Of a DNA stretch of 64,000 bases, positions 9,913 through 19,275 are shown piece after piece; the first letter of the stretch is position 1, and each line of letters starts with the position of its first letter. The stretch is from a bacterium (lineage in GTDB: Bacteria > Hydrothermota > 32-111): contig JBFXGO010000006.1 of NCBI GenBank assembly GCA_050239825.1, positions 1-64,000 on the forward strand, given 5' to 3'. A program made the position numbers and the translations under genes. The notes beneath the pieces are model-generated. The model was not told where the DNA came from and searched no databases. It was given only the letters and a program-made list of their open reading frames with translations.

Positions 9913-10366
9913 CGCGAATATTGCATTTGAGGATGATGTATTGAAGACAATCGGTCTCGGTTCTTGCGTTGCGGTGACTCTTTATGACAGAGAAAAAAAA
10001 ATAGGAGGAATGATCCATTTTATGCTACCCAGCAAGATATTTTCCAAAACATTCTTCAATCCTTACAAATACTGCGACACGGGGCTGACAAATTTGATTA
10101 TGGAGATGGAACAACTCGGAGCAAGAAAATACAGAATAGAGGCAAAACTTGTCGGAGGCGCCAATATGTTCTCCCTATTTATCAAGAATATAGAAGAATC
10201 AATAGGGTACAGAAATATTGAGATGGCTAAGAAAATTCTTCGAGAGAACAGAATTCCCGTGATCGCCGAGGATACGGGAAGCGACTACAGCAGGTCGGTT
10301 GAATTGACAGTGAAGACGGGCATAATAAAAGTCACTTCATATAAGAATGGGGAGATTCAGTATTGA
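9887..10366 (+). CDS. cheD: Chemoreceptor glutamine deamidase CheD
   Basis: GLGSCVAVTLYD..GGMIHFMLP, KLVGGANMF, IGYRN; TTG start. Confidence 0.92.
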   Translation: MLIHIRIADANIAFEDDVLKTIGLGSCVAVTLYDREKKIGGMIHFMLPSKIFSKTFFNPYKYCDTGLTNLIMEMEQLGARKYRIEAKLVGGANMFSLFIKNIEESIGYRNIEMAKKILRENRIPVIAEDTGSDYSRSVELTVKTGIIKVTSYKNGEIQY

Positions 10367-11406
10367 AGGTATACAGAGTACTTGTTGTTGATGATTCGCT
10401 CTTGATGCGGCAGATAATAAAGGACATAGTAAATTCCGAGAAGTCTTTCATTGTAGTCGGAGAAGCGGCAGACGGAGCCGAAGCAATAGAAAAATTCAAA
10501 CAGCTTGATCCTGATATTGTCACTCTTGATATAGAGATGCCGAAAATAAACGGACTGATAAGCCTTCAGCAGATACTCAAAATAAAACCTGTTCCGGTTA
10601 TCATAATAAGCGCATATTCCAAAGTCGGATCGAAGATCGCTCTTAAAGCTCTGGAATTCGGAGCATTTGACATTGTTGAAAAACCGTCCGGGTCTATTTC
10701 TATAGACATCGCGGTTAAAAAAGAAGAGATAATACAGAAGATGATCTGCGGAATAAAAGCGGACATAAGCAGGCTTTTACATGAATTCACGGGACTATCT
10801 GACAAATCGGATAAAAAGATAAGGCAGACGGAGAAAGCATCTAATCTCATTGCTATAGCATCCTCGACGGGCGGTCCGAAGTCGCTGATGGATATAATAC
10901 CGAGAATTCAGTCAAACATCAATGCTGGAATCGCAGTGGTGCAGCACATGCCTGCAGGATTCACCCGTTCATTTTCCGAAAGAATGAACTCAATGTCCAA
11001 TCTGAATGTTTATGAATCTTTTGAAAATTGCGTGCTCAGGAACGGGGACTGCGTTATAGCACAGGGAGGAAAGCACACGGTTTTCGATGAAGACGGAATA
11101 ATACACCTTTCCGATGACCCTCCATATCATTCCGTAAAACCTGCTGCTGATATAATGATGCTGTCTGCGGTAAAGCATTTCAAGGAAAGAATAATAGGTG
11201 TTGTGCTAACAGGTATGGGCAAGGACGGTTCTGAAGGCGTGTTCATAATAAACAAGATGGGCGGCACAAATATAGCGGAGTCAAAGGAGACTTCCGTTGT
11301 TTTCGGAATGCCGAAAGCCGCAATAGAAACAGGCAAAGTCGATTTCATTCTTGATAGGGATAAAATCGCGCGAAAAATAGAGGAGTTGGCAAATGAAATG
11401 GCTTGA
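10363..11406 (+). CDS. cheB: Receiver-methylesterase CheB
   Basis: VVDD/TLDIEMP/EKP receiver; SSTGGP, VQHMP, LTGMGKDG catalytic motifs. Confidence 0.95.
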   Translation: MKVYRVLVVDDSLLMRQIIKDIVNSEKSFIVVGEAADGAEAIEKFKQLDPDIVTLDIEMPKINGLISLQQILKIKPVPVIIISAYSKVGSKIALKALEFGAFDIVEKPSGSISIDIAVKKEEIIQKMICGIKADISRLLHEFTGLSDKSDKKIRQTEKASNLIAIASSTGGPKSLMDIIPRIQSNINAGIAVVQHMPAGFTRSFSERMNSMSNLNVYESFENCVLRNGDCVIAQGGKHTVFDEDGIIHLSDDPPYHSVKPAADIMMLSAVKHFKERIIGVVLTGMGKDGSEGVFIINKMGGTNIAESKETSVVFGMPKAAIETGKVDFILDRDKIARKIEELANEMA

Positions 11407-12238
11407 AGCAAAAAAAGAGATTGAAGCGCATCTTGAAAAACTTGAAAATATTGTTGCTACGGGAAAATACGGAGAAGAACATATCAAGAGCGAACTCATG
11501 GAAATATACAAACAGGTGATAGCCATAAACAATTTTGTCAAACATTCTGACGCGAGAATCAAAAATCTGGCTAAACACATAATGAACCCGTCGGTAAGCA
11601 AGGACGGCCTCAAGACATTTGTTCAGTCTATGAAGATAGCGCCTGTAGATCTGACAACTTATATCGACAAGGGCTGGAATTTTATGGTTGACGAACAGTA
11701 TGATGATGCCGTTGAGATACTTGAGAAAGCGATAAGCCTGTCGCCGAATGATGTCAAATCTCTGGGGCTTCTGGGTTGGGCGTATATACATAAGGAAAGA
11801 TACGATGATGCAATGAGCATTTTTCAAACGGTTCTTTCTCTTGATCCGGAGAATGCCATTGCAAAGAACAATCTTGGTTTTGTCTGCTTCAAAAAAGGCA
11901 TTTTCGGAGAGGCGATAGAACATCTCACCTCTGTGATTAAATCCACGGAAGACAAGATGTCTCTCATATATGCACATTTTTACCTCGGTTTGATTTATCT
12001 TGACAGAGAGATGTATGAAGATGCAATACGATTCCTTCTGAAAACAATAGAACTGGGGCCCAATCACATGGAGGCATACTATTACCTTGGATTGGCTTAT
12101 TTTGAGTCGGGAAAGGAGAGCAAGGGCATCAAAACATTGAAGGACCTTATCAAGAAAAACCGATACAACAGGTGGGCTCAGAAGGCAGAGGAAAAACTTA
12201 AAGAGTTAACCGGAGAAAAAAATGAAAAAGAAAATTGA
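11393..12238 (+). CDS. TPR protein
   Basis: Consecutive 34-aa TPR-like repeats (YDDAVEILEKAISLSP, YDDAMSIFQTVLSLDP). Confidence 0.8.
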   Translation: MKWLEAKKEIEAHLEKLENIVATGKYGEEHIKSELMEIYKQVIAINNFVKHSDARIKNLAKHIMNPSVSKDGLKTFVQSMKIAPVDLTTYIDKGWNFMVDEQYDDAVEILEKAISLSPNDVKSLGLLGWAYIHKERYDDAMSIFQTVLSLDPENAIAKNNLGFVCFKKGIFGEAIEHLTSVIKSTEDKMSLIYAHFYLGLIYLDREMYEDAIRFLLKTIELGPNHMEAYYYLGLAYFESGKESKGIKTLKDLIKKNRYNRWAQKAEEKLKELTGEKNEKEN

Positions 12239-12959
12239 CCTTCAGGAGATTCTCGGCGGCGAAAAGCCGGAAAAAAAGCAGAGGCAGAAAAAAACGGAAA
12301 AGAGGGAGAACTCCAAAATAAATGCAACTGTCGAAAAGAAGATGGAAACTCCTATATTATTGACGGAAAAAAGAAATCCAGATCCTGTCGTCAATAAGGT
12401 TCAGAAAAAGGAAGACTCAAAAACAGTACAGCAGGAGCCGGTCAATATAAGACAGATGAAAGACATCTCGGAGAAGAAGGATGAATCTGATATTGTGAAG
12501 GAGTATGTGACATTCCTGTTGAAGAAAGAAGAGTATGCAATTGACAGTGATTTTGTGAGACAGATTATAAAATACAAAAAAACTATAGATATTGGATTGA
12601 AGAGCGACCTTTTCTTTGGCGTTACAAATATGAAAGACGGAGTCCTGCCTCTTGTTGACTTCAGAAAAAAATTCGGCATGTCGGAAGAGAGAAAAGAGGA
12701 AGGTTCGATAATTATTCTTCAGATTGATGATCTTAGAGTTGGAGTTTATGTGGATTATCTTGTGGGAATTGTGCGGTTCAAGGACTCTGACATAAAACAA
12801 ATCCCCCCTTTTCTTCCCGAAAGACAGCTTGCGTATGTGACGGGTATCGGAATAAAATCAGGTAAATTCAAAAAAATAATCATTATTCTTAATCATTTGA
12901 ATCTCTTTACAAGGGATGATATAAGGGAAATGAAGAGGATTCCGGAGATGTATAAGTGA
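12222..12959 (+). CDS. cheW: CheW with a ~90-aa charged N-terminal extension
   Basis: YVTFLL..EEYAID, GVTNMKDGVLPLVD, VGVYVD. Confidence 0.85.
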   Translation: MKKKIDLQEILGGEKPEKKQRQKKTEKRENSKINATVEKKMETPILLTEKRNPDPVVNKVQKKEDSKTVQQEPVNIRQMKDISEKKDESDIVKEYVTFLLKKEEYAIDSDFVRQIIKYKKTIDIGLKSDLFFGVTNMKDGVLPLVDFRKKFGMSEERKEEGSIIILQIDDLRVGVYVDYLVGIVRFKDSDIKQIPPFLPERQLAYVTGIGIKSGKFKKIIIILNHLNLFTRDDIREMKRIPEMYK

Positions 12960-13396
12960 TAATGCAGAGAGTTTTATACCTTATCCCTTCATGTTTTTTT
13001 ATAGGCAATTTGAAAGGGGGAGGCACGATAGTTTCCGTTTTATTCTGCTTAACAGCATATTTTCTCAAAGCGAACGACCTGCAAATGTTCTTTGTTTTTT
13101 CCATATCGCTTTTTCTGACATCTCTTTCAATAGAAAAATCATTTCTTTTCAAGGGAGATGACAGCCGCATTGTAGCTGATGAATTGATAGGGATGGTGGT
13201 CTCTCTTCTTTTTTTGCCTCGGTCAATTTTGATTTATATTTCAGCTCTTGCAGTCTTCAGGTTTTTTGACATTTCAAAACCTTATCTCATTAAACAATCA
13301 GAGTCCATTGGCGGTTCAACGGGAATCATCATGGATGATGTTCTGTCGGGAGTTGCATCCAATATTGTAATAAGGATTTTTCTGTGGATGATATGA
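12956..13396 (+). CDS. pgpA: Phosphatidylglycerophosphatase A
   Basis: IVADELIG, FRFFDISKP, MDDVLSG; lies upstream of cinA. Confidence 0.85.
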   Translation: MIMQRVLYLIPSCFFIGNLKGGGTIVSVLFCLTAYFLKANDLQMFFVFSISLFLTSLSIEKSFLFKGDDSRIVADELIGMVVSLLFLPRSILIYISALAVFRFFDISKPYLIKQSESIGGSTGIIMDDVLSGVASNIVIRIFLWMI

Positions 13397-14574
13397 AATC
13401 AGCTTTACTATGCGTAGGCGATGAAATTCTAAACGGCGTAATTCTCAACACCAATTCAAGGCATCTCAATTCTTTTATGCACCAAAAAGGCTGGCAGGTG
13501 ATAGAGGAGAGGGTTGTAAAAGACAGCATTGATGATATAGCCGAATCAGTCGCAGAACTCATCGGAAAATGCAATCTGCTTTTGGTGACAGGCGGTCTGG
13601 GCCCCACATTTGACGATAAAACCGTGGATGGCGTTGCCAAAGCCCTTAAAAGAAGGGTTGTAGAAAGCAGAAAGATGAGAACAAGGGCAAAAAAGCATAT
13701 GAAGAACAAAAACGAGCTGCTTCTCGCCAGACAGTCAAGAATGGTTGAAAAAGCAGTTTTAATAGATAATTCGGCAGGCATTGCAATGTGTCAAAAATTA
13801 TCGGTGCAGGGATGCGATATATACCTGCTGCCCGGAGTTCCTTCGGAAGTGGAATGGATTGTTACGAATAAACTAAACAAAGAAATTCCTTCAGCTGATT
13901 TTAAAGAATACAAACTAAGACTTTTTGATGCAACAGAGACAGCGGTGCACATTAAGCTATGTGAAAAATTCGGAGAGGATAAGACAGGAGCTGTATCATT
14001 TCTGCCATCTACGGGAAGTTTGCTTCTTATTACAGCAGATAAAAACATCATACTGCATGCGCGAAAAGCTTTTCCCGAAAATTACGCCTTGTCAGGCGAC
14101 AAGCCGATAGAGAGGATGCTTCTGGAAGAGATGAAGAGAAGAAATCTTTCTCTTGCTTTGGCTGAGTCGTGCACCGGGGGAGCCATCAGCTCTCTTATTA
14201 CAAGTGTTGAAGGGAGTAGTAAAGTTTTTAAGGGATGCGCTGTCGTCTATTCAAATGAGGCAAAGGAGAAGATTCTTGGAATTAACAAAAGGATTATTGA
14301 CAGATATGGAGCAGTGAGCAGAGAGACCGCGGAGAGAATGGCAGAGAGAGTTTGCTCTATATTTAAAACAGATGCTTCAATTGCGGTGACTGGAATAGCC
14401 GGTCCGGGAGGCGGATCAAATAATAAACCAGTAGGACTTGTATATATATCCACCAATTATAAAAACAGAGTGGTTACATTGGAACGGAAATTCAGCGGCG
14501 GCAGGAACTCTGTGAAAATGAAGAGTTCTGTCATAGCCCTTTTTAACCTTTTAAGGAGAGTGATTAATGAGTAA
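13393..14574 (+). CDS. cinA: CinA (MocF-like domain plus PncC NMN deamidase)
   Basis: GDEILNG..NTN, TGGLGPTFDD, AESCTGG, TGIAGP; ATGA overlap with pgpA stop. Confidence 0.9.
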   Translation: MKSALLCVGDEILNGVILNTNSRHLNSFMHQKGWQVIEERVVKDSIDDIAESVAELIGKCNLLLVTGGLGPTFDDKTVDGVAKALKRRVVESRKMRTRAKKHMKNKNELLLARQSRMVEKAVLIDNSAGIAMCQKLSVQGCDIYLLPGVPSEVEWIVTNKLNKEIPSADFKEYKLRLFDATETAVHIKLCEKFGEDKTGAVSFLPSTGSLLLITADKNIILHARKAFPENYALSGDKPIERMLLEEMKRRNLSLALAESCTGGAISSLITSVEGSSKVFKGCAVVYSNEAKEKILGINKRIIDRYGAVSRETAERMAERVCSIFKTDASIAVTGIAGPGGGSNNKPVGLVYISTNYKNRVVTLERKFSGGRNSVKMKSSVIALFNLLRRVINE

Positions 14575-15133
14575 AAGGCTTTTTATTGCTTACAAAATTC
14601 CGACAGATTTAAGAAACGATCTGCTCGTGGCGCAACACAAGCTAAAGAACAATCTGCAGCTACAGGGCATTAGCTGGGTAAAACCTGACAACATGCATAT
14701 TACTGTTGCTTTTTTGGGGCAAGTCGAGGAAAGAATGATAAGTTCGCTTGAAGATATTGTGAGGACACAATCATTTTCAGTATGTACTGTAAGAGGAGAC
14801 AAAATGTCCTTTTTTTTAAGGAATAATGTTCCTTCAATACTCTACTATAGCCTTGCAAATACTGCAGAGCTGGAAAGAACGGCCAATGACATTAGGGGAA
14901 GGCTTGTGGATAAGAATATTGATTTCGACAGGAAGCTGTTTAATCCGCACATCACTATGGCGAGAATCAAGGATGAGGAGAGTGGAAATTCACTAAAAGA
15001 GTATATACTTGGAAAACCCGAATCTGTACAGCAGACAACTTATAAAATATCATCAATCACATTGTATGAATCGCGTTTTTCGGAAAGCGGTCCGCAGTAT
15101 GTTTCACTGTTTGAAAAAAATCAGGAGGTATAA
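14567..15133 (+). CDS. thpR: RNA 2',3'-cyclic phosphodiesterase (2H family)
   Basis: RLFIA start; two HxT motifs (HITV, HITM); between cinA and recA. Confidence 0.88.
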   Translation: MSKRLFIAYKIPTDLRNDLLVAQHKLKNNLQLQGISWVKPDNMHITVAFLGQVEERMISSLEDIVRTQSFSVCTVRGDKMSFFLRNNVPSILYYSLANTAELERTANDIRGRLVDKNIDFDRKLFNPHITMARIKDEESGNSLKEYILGKPESVQQTTYKISSITLYESRFSESGPQYVSLFEKNQEV

Positions 15134-16159
15134 ATGGATAGCAACAAATTGAAGTCATTGGATCTTACGCTGAAGCAGATTGAAAAAGAGTATGGAAAAG
15201 GCTCAGTGATGAGACTTGGAGAGAGGCCGAATGTAGCCGGAGATATAATCTCCACAGGTTCTATTTCAATAGATGCGGCTCTGGGAATAGGCGGAGTGCC
15301 AAGGGGAAGAATTGTCGAAATATACGGGTCTGAAGCCAGCGGGAAAACAACTCTTGCGCTTCAGATTGCAGCTCAGGCACAGAAAGCGGGAGGCATAGCG
15401 GCATACATAGACGCAGAGCATGCTCTTGACCCTCAGTATGCGCAGAAGTTGGGTGTTGACATTGACAATCTTTACATCTCCCAACCGGATACAGGAGAGC
15501 AGGCTTTGGAGATAACGGAAATGCTTGTAAGGAGCGGAAGCGTAGACATTGTTGTGATAGATTCTGTGGCGGCTCTCACGCCCAAGGCGGAGATAGAGGG
15601 AGATATGGGAGATTCCCACATGGGGCTTCAGGCAAGACTCATGTCGCAGGCATTGAGGAAACTCACTGCTGTGATAAACAGGTCAAAGACCTCTGTGGTT
15701 TTCATAAATCAGGTAAGGTACAAAATAGGAGTTATGTTCGGCAATCCCATGACCACTCCGGGCGGACTCGCCTTGAAATTTCATTCTTCTATAAGGATGG
15801 AAGTGCGCAGGGTAACTTCAATAAAGTCGGGAGAGGAGGAGATAGGCAATATAGTAGAGGTCAAAGTGGTTAAAAACAAAGTTGCTCCTCCATTCAAGCG
15901 CGCGCAAGTGTCAATATATTTTGGAGAGGGTGTATCCAGAGAGGGAGAGATAGTCGATATGGCGACGAATCTGAACATAATAGAGAAGACCGGAGCATGG
16001 TATGCTTACGGCAATAACAAACTTGGACAGGGAAGGGAGAATATAAGGCAGTTCCTAAAGGATAACAAACAGGTTGCTGATGAGATAGAGGGCAAAATAA
16101 GAAAAGCCATGGGAATAGCAATTGAAGATAACAAAAATAGAGAGAGCAAAGAAAAATAA
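15134..16159 (+). CDS. recA: Recombinase A
   Basis: [29 protein letters not shown]. Confidence 0.99.
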   Translation: MDSNKLKSLDLTLKQIEKEYGKGSVMRLGERPNVAGDIISTGSISIDAALGIGGVPRGRIVEIYGSEASGKTTLALQIAAQAQKAGGIAAYIDAEHALDPQYAQKLGVDIDNLYISQPDTGEQALEITEMLVRSGSVDIVVIDSVAALTPKAEIEGDMGDSHMGLQARLMSQALRKLTAVINRSKTSVVFINQVRYKIGVMFGNPMTTPGGLALKFHSSIRMEVRRVTSIKSGEEEIGNIVEVKVVKNKVAPPFKRAQVSIYFGEGVSREGEIVDMATNLNIIEKTGAWYAYGNNKLGQGRENIRQFLKDNKQVADEIEGKIRKAMGIAIEDNKNRESKEK

Positions 16160-16727
16160 ATTTAAAGTTAACATCTTTATAGACGGAGAGTTCTCATTCT
16201 CCGTTTATGAGGATGTCTTTTTGAAGATGAAAATTCAGAAAGATATGGAAATTGACGGCAGTTTCATAGAAAAGGCGAAATCTGCAAGTGAATTTGAACG
16301 CAACAAACTCTACCTTCTGAATATACTTTCAAGGAAAAATTACACTGAAAGAGAGCTTCACACAAAGCTTATGCAGAGAAAGGTGGAGAGGGAGAGCGCC
16401 GAGTCATTGATAGAGAACATCAGAAGAATGGGGTTTCTTGACGATGACAAATACATCAAAGATTATATGAATTTTCTAATGGATTCAAAGAAGTATTCCA
16501 AGCAGGAAATATTTCAAAAAATGAGAATGAAATTTAATGATGAAGAAAAAATGAAAGAGTGTGAAGTCGCACTGAAAGAGTATGATGAAAAAGAGGTTTT
16601 AAAGAAACTGATGAAAAAAATAAAATCGGACATTGATAAAAATAAAATAATTTCACGCCTTATGAGAAAGGGTTTTAAATATGAAGATATATCGGATATC
16701 ATGAAAACAATCCAAAAGGAGGATTAA
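16122..16727 (+). CDS. recX: Regulatory protein RecX
   Basis: Follows rec[25 protein letters not shown] start overlapping recA. Confidence 0.85.
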   Translation: MKITKIERAKKNKFKVNIFIDGEFSFSVYEDVFLKMKIQKDMEIDGSFIEKAKSASEFERNKLYLLNILSRKNYTERELHTKLMQRKVERESAESLIENIRRMGFLDDDKYIKDYMNFLMDSKKYSKQEIFQKMRMKFNDEEKMKECEVALKEYDEKEVLKKLMKKIKSDIDKNKIISRLMRKGFKYEDISDIMKTIQKED

Positions 16728-16728
16728 A

Positions 16729-17634
16729 ATGGCGCTTTTTTTATTAATACTGGCTATAGCAATTATTATTGTCTGGACCAGGTTTTTCCCAAAATTCCAC
16801 TTAAACAGAAAGACGATAATTGTGTGGGGTTCAATTGTGATTTTGTTTGTGATACTGGCTTCAACTGTAAGAGTTGTTCAGCCGGGAACCGTCGGAGTGC
16901 AGGTGCTTTTCGGAAATGTCTATAAGAAAGTTCTCTCCAACGGGCTTCATTTTGTTTTTCCTTTTGTCGAAGTGAAGACCATGGATGTGAGAGTGCAGGA
17001 TTATACAATGTCTGTGGCTCAGGAGGAGGGTGTTCGGAAGGGAGATGACGGAATTACTTCCCTTACAAAAGACGGCCTTCAGATAAATCTTGACATTACG
17101 GTTTGGTATCAGCTGAAGAGCGATAAAGCTGCCGAAGTTTATCAGAATATTGGAAAGGATTATGTGGAAAAAATTGTCCGCCCGGCTATAAGGACTGCAA
17201 TCAGGAATGCCACGGTTCTTTATAATGTAACTGAAATCTATTCTTTAAAGAGAGAGGAATTGACGGATATAATCTTCACAGAACTGCATAAGAATCTTTC
17301 CGATAAGGGAATAATATGCGATAAAGTTCTTCTCAGAAACATTGACCTTCCGCAGAAGGTCAAGAATGCCATTGATGAGAAGATCGCCGCCGAGCAGGAG
17401 GCGCAGAAGATGGTTTATATACTTGAAAAGGAACAGCGCGAAAAAGAAAGAAAATTGATAGAAGCAGAGGGCATTGCAGTATCCCAGAAAAAGATTTCCG
17501 AATCGCTCAACAAACAGTATCTGCAGTGGTACTATATTCAGAATCTCAAAGAGGTTCTGAATTCAAACAATACAAAGGTCGTCATAATGCCTTATGACAA
17601 GACTCTCACTCCGCTTCTCAATATAGGCCAATGA
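16729..17634 (+). CDS. SPFH/prohibitin-family membrane protein
   Basis: N-terminal TM helices, GLHFVFPF, LLRNIDLP..AIDEKIAAEQEA. Confidence 0.88.
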   Translation: MALFLLILAIAIIIVWTRFFPKFHLNRKTIIVWGSIVILFVILASTVRVVQPGTVGVQVLFGNVYKKVLSNGLHFVFPFVEVKTMDVRVQDYTMSVAQEEGVRKGDDGITSLTKDGLQINLDITVWYQLKSDKAAEVYQNIGKDYVEKIVRPAIRTAIRNATVLYNVTEIYSLKREELTDIIFTELHKNLSDKGIICDKVLLRNIDLPQKVKNAIDEKIAAEQEAQKMVYILEKEQREKERKLIEAEGIAVSQKKISESLNKQYLQWYYIQNLKEVLNSNNTKVVIMPYDKTLTPLLNIGQ

Positions 17635-18839
17635 CAGAATATCTGAAACTGCTTTCGGTTTTGGCTCTTATAGTTGCCATGATGAGAATTAAGATAGGCA
17701 TGGGTATATCCCTTATAGTCTCATCTCTTCTTATAGGGTTTCTCTTCTTTGAATCTTTTCTCGAAATTCCTATAGTGTTTTATCAATCAGTCACTTCGTA
17801 TACGACAATAAAGACTGTTCTCATTGTCTACGGAGTTCTTCTTCTCTCGTATGTGATGAAAGAGAGGCAGATAGACAGAATGATAGGCGGTCTTACACAG
17901 CTTTTCAGGAGCATTAAGTACGCCATTATAGTTCCGCCGATGCTTTTAGGTCTTCTTCCGATGCCGGGCGGCGCGATGCTGCCAGCCGCAATAATTGATT
18001 CTATGGGTACTCCGCTCAAGCTTACCCCTGAGCAAAAAACTTATATCAATTATTGGTTCAGGCATATTTGGGAATACTTCTGGCCTCTATATCCCGGGCT
18101 TATTCTTACTGCTTCTATCATGCAGATTTCAATAAAAAGAATAATGGTCCACCAGTTTTATCTTACAATACTTGCTTTCGTTATAGGGCTGATTGTGATT
18201 TATCTCATAAAGGGCAATGCGTCAAATGAGGCAAGAAAAAATGCAAAGGACGGTTTAACTGCTCTTGTCAGGTCAATTCTGCCGATTCTCATAATGATAC
18301 TTCTCATTATAGCCACTCCTGTCAGCGAAGAGATAATAGTTCTCGGAGTCACCTTCATTTATCTGATTGTAACTAAAATGCCTTTTAAGAAGAAAGTCGA
18401 ATCATTGTTTAAAAGCGTCTCCGCAGAATCTATGCTTCTGATTCTCGGAGTGATGATCTTCAAGGACTTTCTGATTGCTTCCAAGTCGCTTGATTCAATC
18501 GCCGGCTCTATGAGCAGAGAAGTCTCCATATATGGTCTTCTCGTCATAATGCCTTTTCTGATGGGTTTTTTAACCGGAATAAATCAGGCTTATGTCGGAA
18601 TAGCCCTCCCGATAGCGGCGCAGTTGATTTTGTCTCAGGGAGGAATTGATTTTACAAAGCTCACTCTCTTCTATGCGGCCGGTTTTGCCGGGGTGTTGCT
18701 ATCTCCTGTTCATCTGTGTCTGTCACTTACAAAAGAGTATTACAAGGCTGAGTGGCCGAAGATATATAAAATGCTTATTCCCTCGGTTATACCCATCTTG
18801 CTTATTCCTATTCTGATTTACATGTTTTTTGGCAAATAA
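17631..18839 (+). CDS. DUF401-family membrane transporter
   Basis: GLLPMPGGA, NYWFRHIWE, SPVHLCL; polytopic. Confidence 0.85.
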   Translation: MTEYLKLLSVLALIVAMMRIKIGMGISLIVSSLLIGFLFFESFLEIPIVFYQSVTSYTTIKTVLIVYGVLLLSYVMKERQIDRMIGGLTQLFRSIKYAIIVPPMLLGLLPMPGGAMLPAAIIDSMGTPLKLTPEQKTYINYWFRHIWEYFWPLYPGLILTASIMQISIKRIMVHQFYLTILAFVIGLIVIYLIKGNASNEARKNAKDGLTALVRSILPILIMILLIIATPVSEEIIVLGVTFIYLIVTKMPFKKKVESLFKSVSAESMLLILGVMIFKDFLIASKSLDSIAGSMSREVSIYGLLVIMPFLMGFLTGINQAYVGIALPIAAQLILSQGGIDFTKLTLFYAAGFAGVLLSPVHLCLSLTKEYYKAEWPKIYKMLIPSVIPILLIPILIYMFFGK

Positions 18840-18852
18840 AGAAGGAGAACAA

Positions 18853-19275
18853 ATGAAAAAATGGATTATTGGAGTTCTAATTTTTATCGCAACTGTTTCG
18901 ATAGGTTGCTTCAAAAAGAATGACGAACAGGCTGTTAAAAATGTCATTATTGGAAACATCGAGGCGATGAACAGAGAAGATATCAAATGGTATATGTCAA
19001 CAATTTATGATGACGGAACAGACAATTATGATTCACTTGAGGTGATGCTCACTGATATTTTTGCCAAGTTCAGCATTGAAATTGAAATACTAAGCATTGA
19101 GATAGTTGAAATAGGAGATGATGTCGCAAAAGCGCGTGCAAAGACCTCAACCAAAGTGGATGGAAATTATCCCAACAAAAATAGCAAGGCGACATCGGTG
19201 CACTATCTTGTAAAAGACAATGGAGTATGGAAGATACAGAGCACTATAAATGAGGAAGTCAAATACTTTGATTAG
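18853..19275 (+). CDS. Lipoprotein, NTF2-like fold
   Basis: Signal peptide with lipobox SIGC; C-terminal NGVWKI; SD AAGGAG. Confidence 0.7.
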   Translation: MKKWIIGVLIFIATVSIGCFKKNDEQAVKNVIIGNIEAMNREDIKWYMSTIYDDGTDNYDSLEVMLTDIFAKFSIEIEILSIEIVEIGDDVAKARAKTSTKVDGNYPNKNSKATSVHYLVKDNGVWKIQSTINEEVKYFD

